This document shows, piece after piece, positions 52,256 to 56,960 of a stretch of 56,960 bases of DNA. This DNA is from Seison nebaliae (lineage: Eukaryota): NCBI GenBank assembly GCA_023231475.1, contig JALJEE010001010.1, positions 1-56,960 of the forward strand. The letters are read 5' to 3'. The stretch's first letter is position 1. Every line of letters starts with the position of its first letter. A model generated the notes under the pieces. That model was not told the DNA's origin, made no database searches, and saw only the letters and a list, made by a program, of their open reading frames with translations. The translations under genes and the position numbers were made by a program.

Positions 52256-55104
52256 TTAATTGACTGAAGAAGTTACATCATTTACTTTGAACTTCCACCA
52301 AGTAAACATCAAAAGGAAAAATGTTTCACCAATTTCAATTAATGTGATTATTGACATTCCATTCGTCATTCCTGTCACACCGCCAAAATCCGAAATGAAA
52401 CCATATATGTTGCGCATATTCTCAAATTTTTTAAATGAGATTTTCGAATCACCATATGTCAATGTTATGTGTACTCTTTTACGACTAAAAAATAATGAAT
52501 TCCGGTGTTAATTTGAATAAATGTTAGAATATAACAGTGCATGTTGATATGTGCCGAATTTTCGGGTTAGTTTCTCCATGCATATAGAATCTAACTCATA
52601 AGATTTGTTCTTTATAATTTCCTCCTTGAAAATTAAAATATTTTGTTGTCAAACCAAATGAATAATACTGACAATATCAACGGAACTCCAATTCTTCTTC
52701 TGATAATATTTTCTTACGATTCTGTTTGTCTTCACAGTGAATTTTTTGATATCCTTCTTTTTGAAGGAACTTTCAACAGTTTGAACTGTGAAAATATAAC
52801 GTCCCGTATTTTTGTTGTGTAAACAAGTTTTCTGAAAGTTCTTCTTGACCGACTCTGTCGAAGTACATTAGATCAATGAACTAACATTGGAAATTGAAGT
52901 AAACGTGGAATATTCATATATTTTTTATAATATGATGCACGATCAAAAAATGCTTCTTGCACTTCCTTTTTTGGTGAATTAAAGTATTTGTATTCGTGGT
53001 TCTTGAAATAAGACAAATTATGATTCTTTAAAAGATACCGATTCAATTTCTCATTATAGCAATCTTGTTCAGAATGAAATCTTTTAAAATCGAAGATATT
53101 GTTATTAAAATGTTCATCCTTTCTGCTAATCTTGGGTGTTTAAGAAATAAATGGCCGATCATTATATTTTTCAAATTAACCTGAGTCACATACAACTTAA
53201 CTGTGAGGTGTCTTCCAGCATTTATGCTTACTCCATTTGATAACAATCCAGTCATTCTTCTTGAAGCATGGAAAAATAGTTTGAGAAACTGTTCGGATGA
53301 AATTATTCATCCAGAGAAGAGGACATGAAATAAAACTTTGAACGCCGATCTTTCCCATACTAGGTTCAATTCTAAATTTAAAGAATTCTTCTTTGTAGTC
53401 TCATAATAATAAGGAGGATCGATATTAAAACTTAAGCAATATGCTTTATCCATAAATCTATTCCTATTTTGCTTTAAGGAGAGATATGCAAAAAGATATA
53501 ACAATTCGTGATTTGAAGAAATTTAACTGTTACTTTATAAAATTTTTCATATGGTGCAGATGAAACTTTAGCTAAGATAATACGATTATACCAAAATGAT
53601 TCATTCTCTTATGAACGAAAAGTGAGTATGAACATGAAAATGATATAATTATTATTTTACAAGAGACTAACAGTAAGGTAATACTCGCATCCGTCAATTG
53701 TCTTCAAAAAAATCATGGTCATAAGAAAAATGAAGTTAAACTACTGTGTAAATTTTCTTATCCTTACAATTGTTAGTCGAAGTATTTAAAAAGCCAAAAA
53801 CCAGGTTCAGTATTTCGACTAACAAAGTTGTAAGGATAAGAAAATTTACACAGTAGTTTAACTTTATTTTTCTTATGCGCATGATTTTTTTGGAGAGAAT
53901 TGACGGATGCAAGTATGTTAGTTCTTGATTATAATTGTAACCTAGATTTTCGATGTTCGTTGTATGGAAAATACGCATTGTTAATTGGAAGGAAACTTTA
54001 AATTGACGGATATTAAATATCGGAATAATCTTATCGAACATTAGACATGGTAAAAATAATTTCTGAAATAAAAACTTTTAAATTTTCAATAAATTTATCC
54101 TTATGAGATTTTATTTCACTTATCACATAAGTCACCAAATGCTTATGCGAAGTAACAGAAGTGAAATTCGGAAGGAGATTGTTGAAATCATTCTTCTCTA
54201 GTTTCGTTTTAAATAAACTCGTTTGTAAGTTGACGTAGACATGTTGATAGATTAATAACATAATCGAAATAATATTTGATTCTATTATTCTGGTAATATG
54301 AAAGTTATGTAAATTTAATTGACACCACGTTTTTTTTAGGGTAGATTGAGAATAAGTTGTTAATAAATAATCATCATAAGCGATGCTTTCTGAAGATTCA
54401 TTACTGAAGTAAACGATGTTCCTTTCCAATAATCGAAAAATATCGTCAATTGGAGAAGTGAGAGTAAATTTTCTGCCGGTTATTATCCTTCCCAATGTAA
54501 TAGAATTTTCAATAATTTCATTTGAACAATTTCCCAAGAAACTTAGAACATTCACATAAGGAGCAGTAGTGTTAGATGACTCACAAATCAATCGATTCTT
54601 TTCATTTTTATCATTTGAACATATTTTGGAAAGTAAATCATAATAAATTTGTTTCATTTGGAAGAAGATTGGAGGAATGGAATCGACCAAAAACACTTTC
54701 TCAAATTTTTTAAACATAAATAAATGTTTATGAAAACTATACCATTTTTCCAAAGAATTCTTCAATTTAAACCAATAGATGCTTCTTTTATGATTCTTTG
54801 TTCTTACCATTGTGTTTGAGCAAATAGAAATTGGAGGGAAAGAAATTGTATCTATATATTTTTCCTTATAAAAAACGATTTCTTGGTCTTTGATGTAATC
54901 GTTAACCAGTCTTAAAAATAGCCAAATTGATAAAACACAAACTAAATGTGAACAGTAAATTGACAAATTAGGCTAGATAAAACCAAAGCAAAATATACCA
55001 CAAATGAACAACAACTTCCATAAGAGTCTTGCGAATTTGGATTTTGGTTCATCATTTTGAAGAATTATGAGGGAATGACACGTTGTTCCATTGAACAATT
55101 TCAT
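52256..55104 (-). CDS. Divergent DEG/ENaC (amiloride-sensitive channel) subunit, about 10 exons
   Basis: Pre-TM1 TTCHSL, RLLW TM1, ISFPPISICS, YCLSFN, LKLFFH, and TM2 FISDFGGVTGMTNGMSIITLIEI with the GxS filter. Nine GTT-donor introns give a continuous frame. Confidence 0.8.
53660..53927. repeat. Long intronic inverted repeat (fold-back/MITE-like), about 110-125-bp arms, 16-nt loop
   Basis: 53681-53789 is reverse-complementary to 53806-53916, including a perfect 37-bp core (53733-53769 vs 53828-53864). It lies inside inferred ENaC intron 53572-53941. Confidence 0.9.
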
Positions 55105-55306
55105 GTTGTGTTGTCTACCAATACTAATGTTATAACAATTTCATTCTAAACGAATTTTAAAAGTTCCAAAAATCTCCTCTATTTTTCCTTATAATCACGA
55201 AAAAGGAAATTGTTCGATGTGCAAATTCGATTTCAAATTATCCTTTTATCAAATATTAGGTTTACTTAACTTTCTGTAATACTTTTTATTGTTCTGTTTG
55301 ATTTTA

Positions 55307-55560
55307 ATTTAAGGAAAGAAATGATATTGAATCGATCGTTAAAATTTGAAAAACAAATTCCATCAACCATCATTCACAAATGTCTAAAGTCTTTATCATT
55401 TTATGGAACGAAAATAAATTCCACTTAATTATCTCATCTTAATATGATAAAAAATAAACTTATCAAGTTAAACTGATATTCTAAATATCACAATAAATAT
55501 TATTGTTAGTAAATAAAGTAATCAAAGGCATTATCATAATACAATCTCTCAATCATTAAC
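55307..55560 (+). pseudogene. Decayed fragment homologous to 25927-26182 of the orphan gene at 24671-26519
   Basis: Shares aattccatcaaccatcattcacaaat...atggaacgaaaa...atattctaaa...aatacaatctctcaatcattaac in colinear order, but the frame has TAA, TGA and TAG stops. Confidence 0.85.
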
Positions 55561-55919
55561 AGAAAATAGGTGGAACAATTGTCAAAACATTTTTTACGAC
55601 TCCATTGAAATTATAATTTCTAATTGAAGTGCCAGATCACCACAGTACTGCTCAGTTAAATTTCGAATAAATCGTACAAAATGATTTAAGAAAACATCGA
55701 GCGAGAATGAGAGTTAAATTTAGAAATTATTAGAAATTATTCACCGATAATCTTTGAAACCAATTACAATGAAAATAATTTATTTATGAAAGAAGTTAAT
55801 AGAATTTGATTAAAACGTTTTCCTTCAATTAGATTAAACGGAAACTTTAACTTTCAAAAAATATAAAAAATTTAGAACTGAAATTCGTTGAAATTTCAGA
55901 ATGGATCAACATTATATTT

Positions 55920-56960
55920 TCAGATTTTTAGTATTTTTTTTATGCACCAAAAGATACCAGCTGATAAAATTCCAGCGATCGGCACTGTCACTATCCAAGC
56001 CAATCCGATTTTTCCAAACAATTTCAAATTAACATGCTTCCTATTTTCCAGCATACCTGTAAATATAACCGCACCCACTTGGCAATGGGTTGTTGAAACT
56101 GGTAATCCCAATTTCGATGCGATTAATACAGTGAATGCCGCAGAAAACTCAATCACAAATCCAATCGATGGGGTGATCTTCGTCAAATCTTTCCCTACCG
56201 TCCTCATGACCCTCCAGCCCAAAAGCCAAAGTCCGATACTGATTCCAACACCTCCAAATGCTAAAATCCAAATTGGAGTGCCGGCCTTTACACATATAAT
56301 ATATTATTTGATTAATAAGGGATAAAAATAACTTTACTTGTAACTACACCTTGACTCCATGTAATCCAAATAGTAACGAGAGGCCCAATTGAATTTGAAA
56401 CATCATTTCCACCATGGGCAAATGATGTGAATATCGCGGTCAATGTTTGCAGAAAAGCGAAAATATGAAATATTTCCGGAGGATCATTTTTGATAATTTT
56501 TGCTTTCTCATCATGAATATCGATCGATGTCCCGTCATATCTCACAATTCTACTACTAATAACTTTTTCGTCTTTGAAACTGTCTTTCTTTTTTATTTCA
56601 CCGAAATCACCAACGAAACTTAAATTATTAGTTCCCTTATCATTTGATTGATTTGAAGTAGAAACTTCTTTTTTCTTCTTACAAATACTAAAACAATTTG
56701 GCATCTTAATTTCCAATTCATCGATATTATAACGTTTCCCTTCAGCCTCCAAATCTTCATATGCTTTATCAATCCGTTTTGATATTCGAGGAATAAATGC
56801 AAATTGAACAATTATCGCTACAATAATTGGTATTCCTATCAGAAATATACTTCTCACCCATATTGGTATATTCATTATATAAGGAGGACCATAGAATAAT
56901 ATAGAAATTAAATTTATTAGTATCGTTACAGCATAAAATCCGGGTAATATGAAGAATCCT
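55920..56960 (-). CDS. Sodium-dependent phosphate transporter SLC20/PiT, 3' part (5' end outside window); intron 56286-56332
   Basis: C-terminal PiT signature [56 protein letters not shown]. Confidence 0.93.

Noticed and set aside
53736..54041. 101-aa minus-strand ORF as a single ENaC exon
   Set aside because: Only about 53942-54029 fits the spliced frame; the rest runs through the intronic inverted repeat.

Overview
AT-rich, gene-dense eukaryotic DNA from an animal. The DEG/ENaC, astacin, NCS and SLC22 genes support this; the species cannot be fixed from sequence alone. About 22 protein-coding genes are present, most with tiny (mostly 42-70 nt) introns, so the ORF track fragments them. Recognised genes: PDE6D, a neuronal calcium sensor, TMEM272-like, an alpha-1,3-fucosyltransferase, selenoprotein F (in-frame UGA plus SECIS), a BTB-BACK-Kelch protein, PMPCB, BOLA1, AGA, PNKP, an astacin, an ENT/SLC29, a giant SLC22-like transporter with ADO apparently nested antisense in its first intron, a DEG/ENaC and a partial SLC20/PiT. 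The most striking signal is window-wide: essentially every intron I could place (about 55 in 13 genes) begins GTT, not GTR, with no consensus after +3, and many end in AAG. This points to a lineage-specific 5' splice-site recognition system. Other highlights are a tandem pair of intronless, highly divergent USP-like proteases each followed by inverted-repeat DNA, a long fold-back inside an ENaC intron, a possible trans-spliced operon, and a decayed copy of an orphan gene 30 kb from its source. All gene models were assembled by eye.
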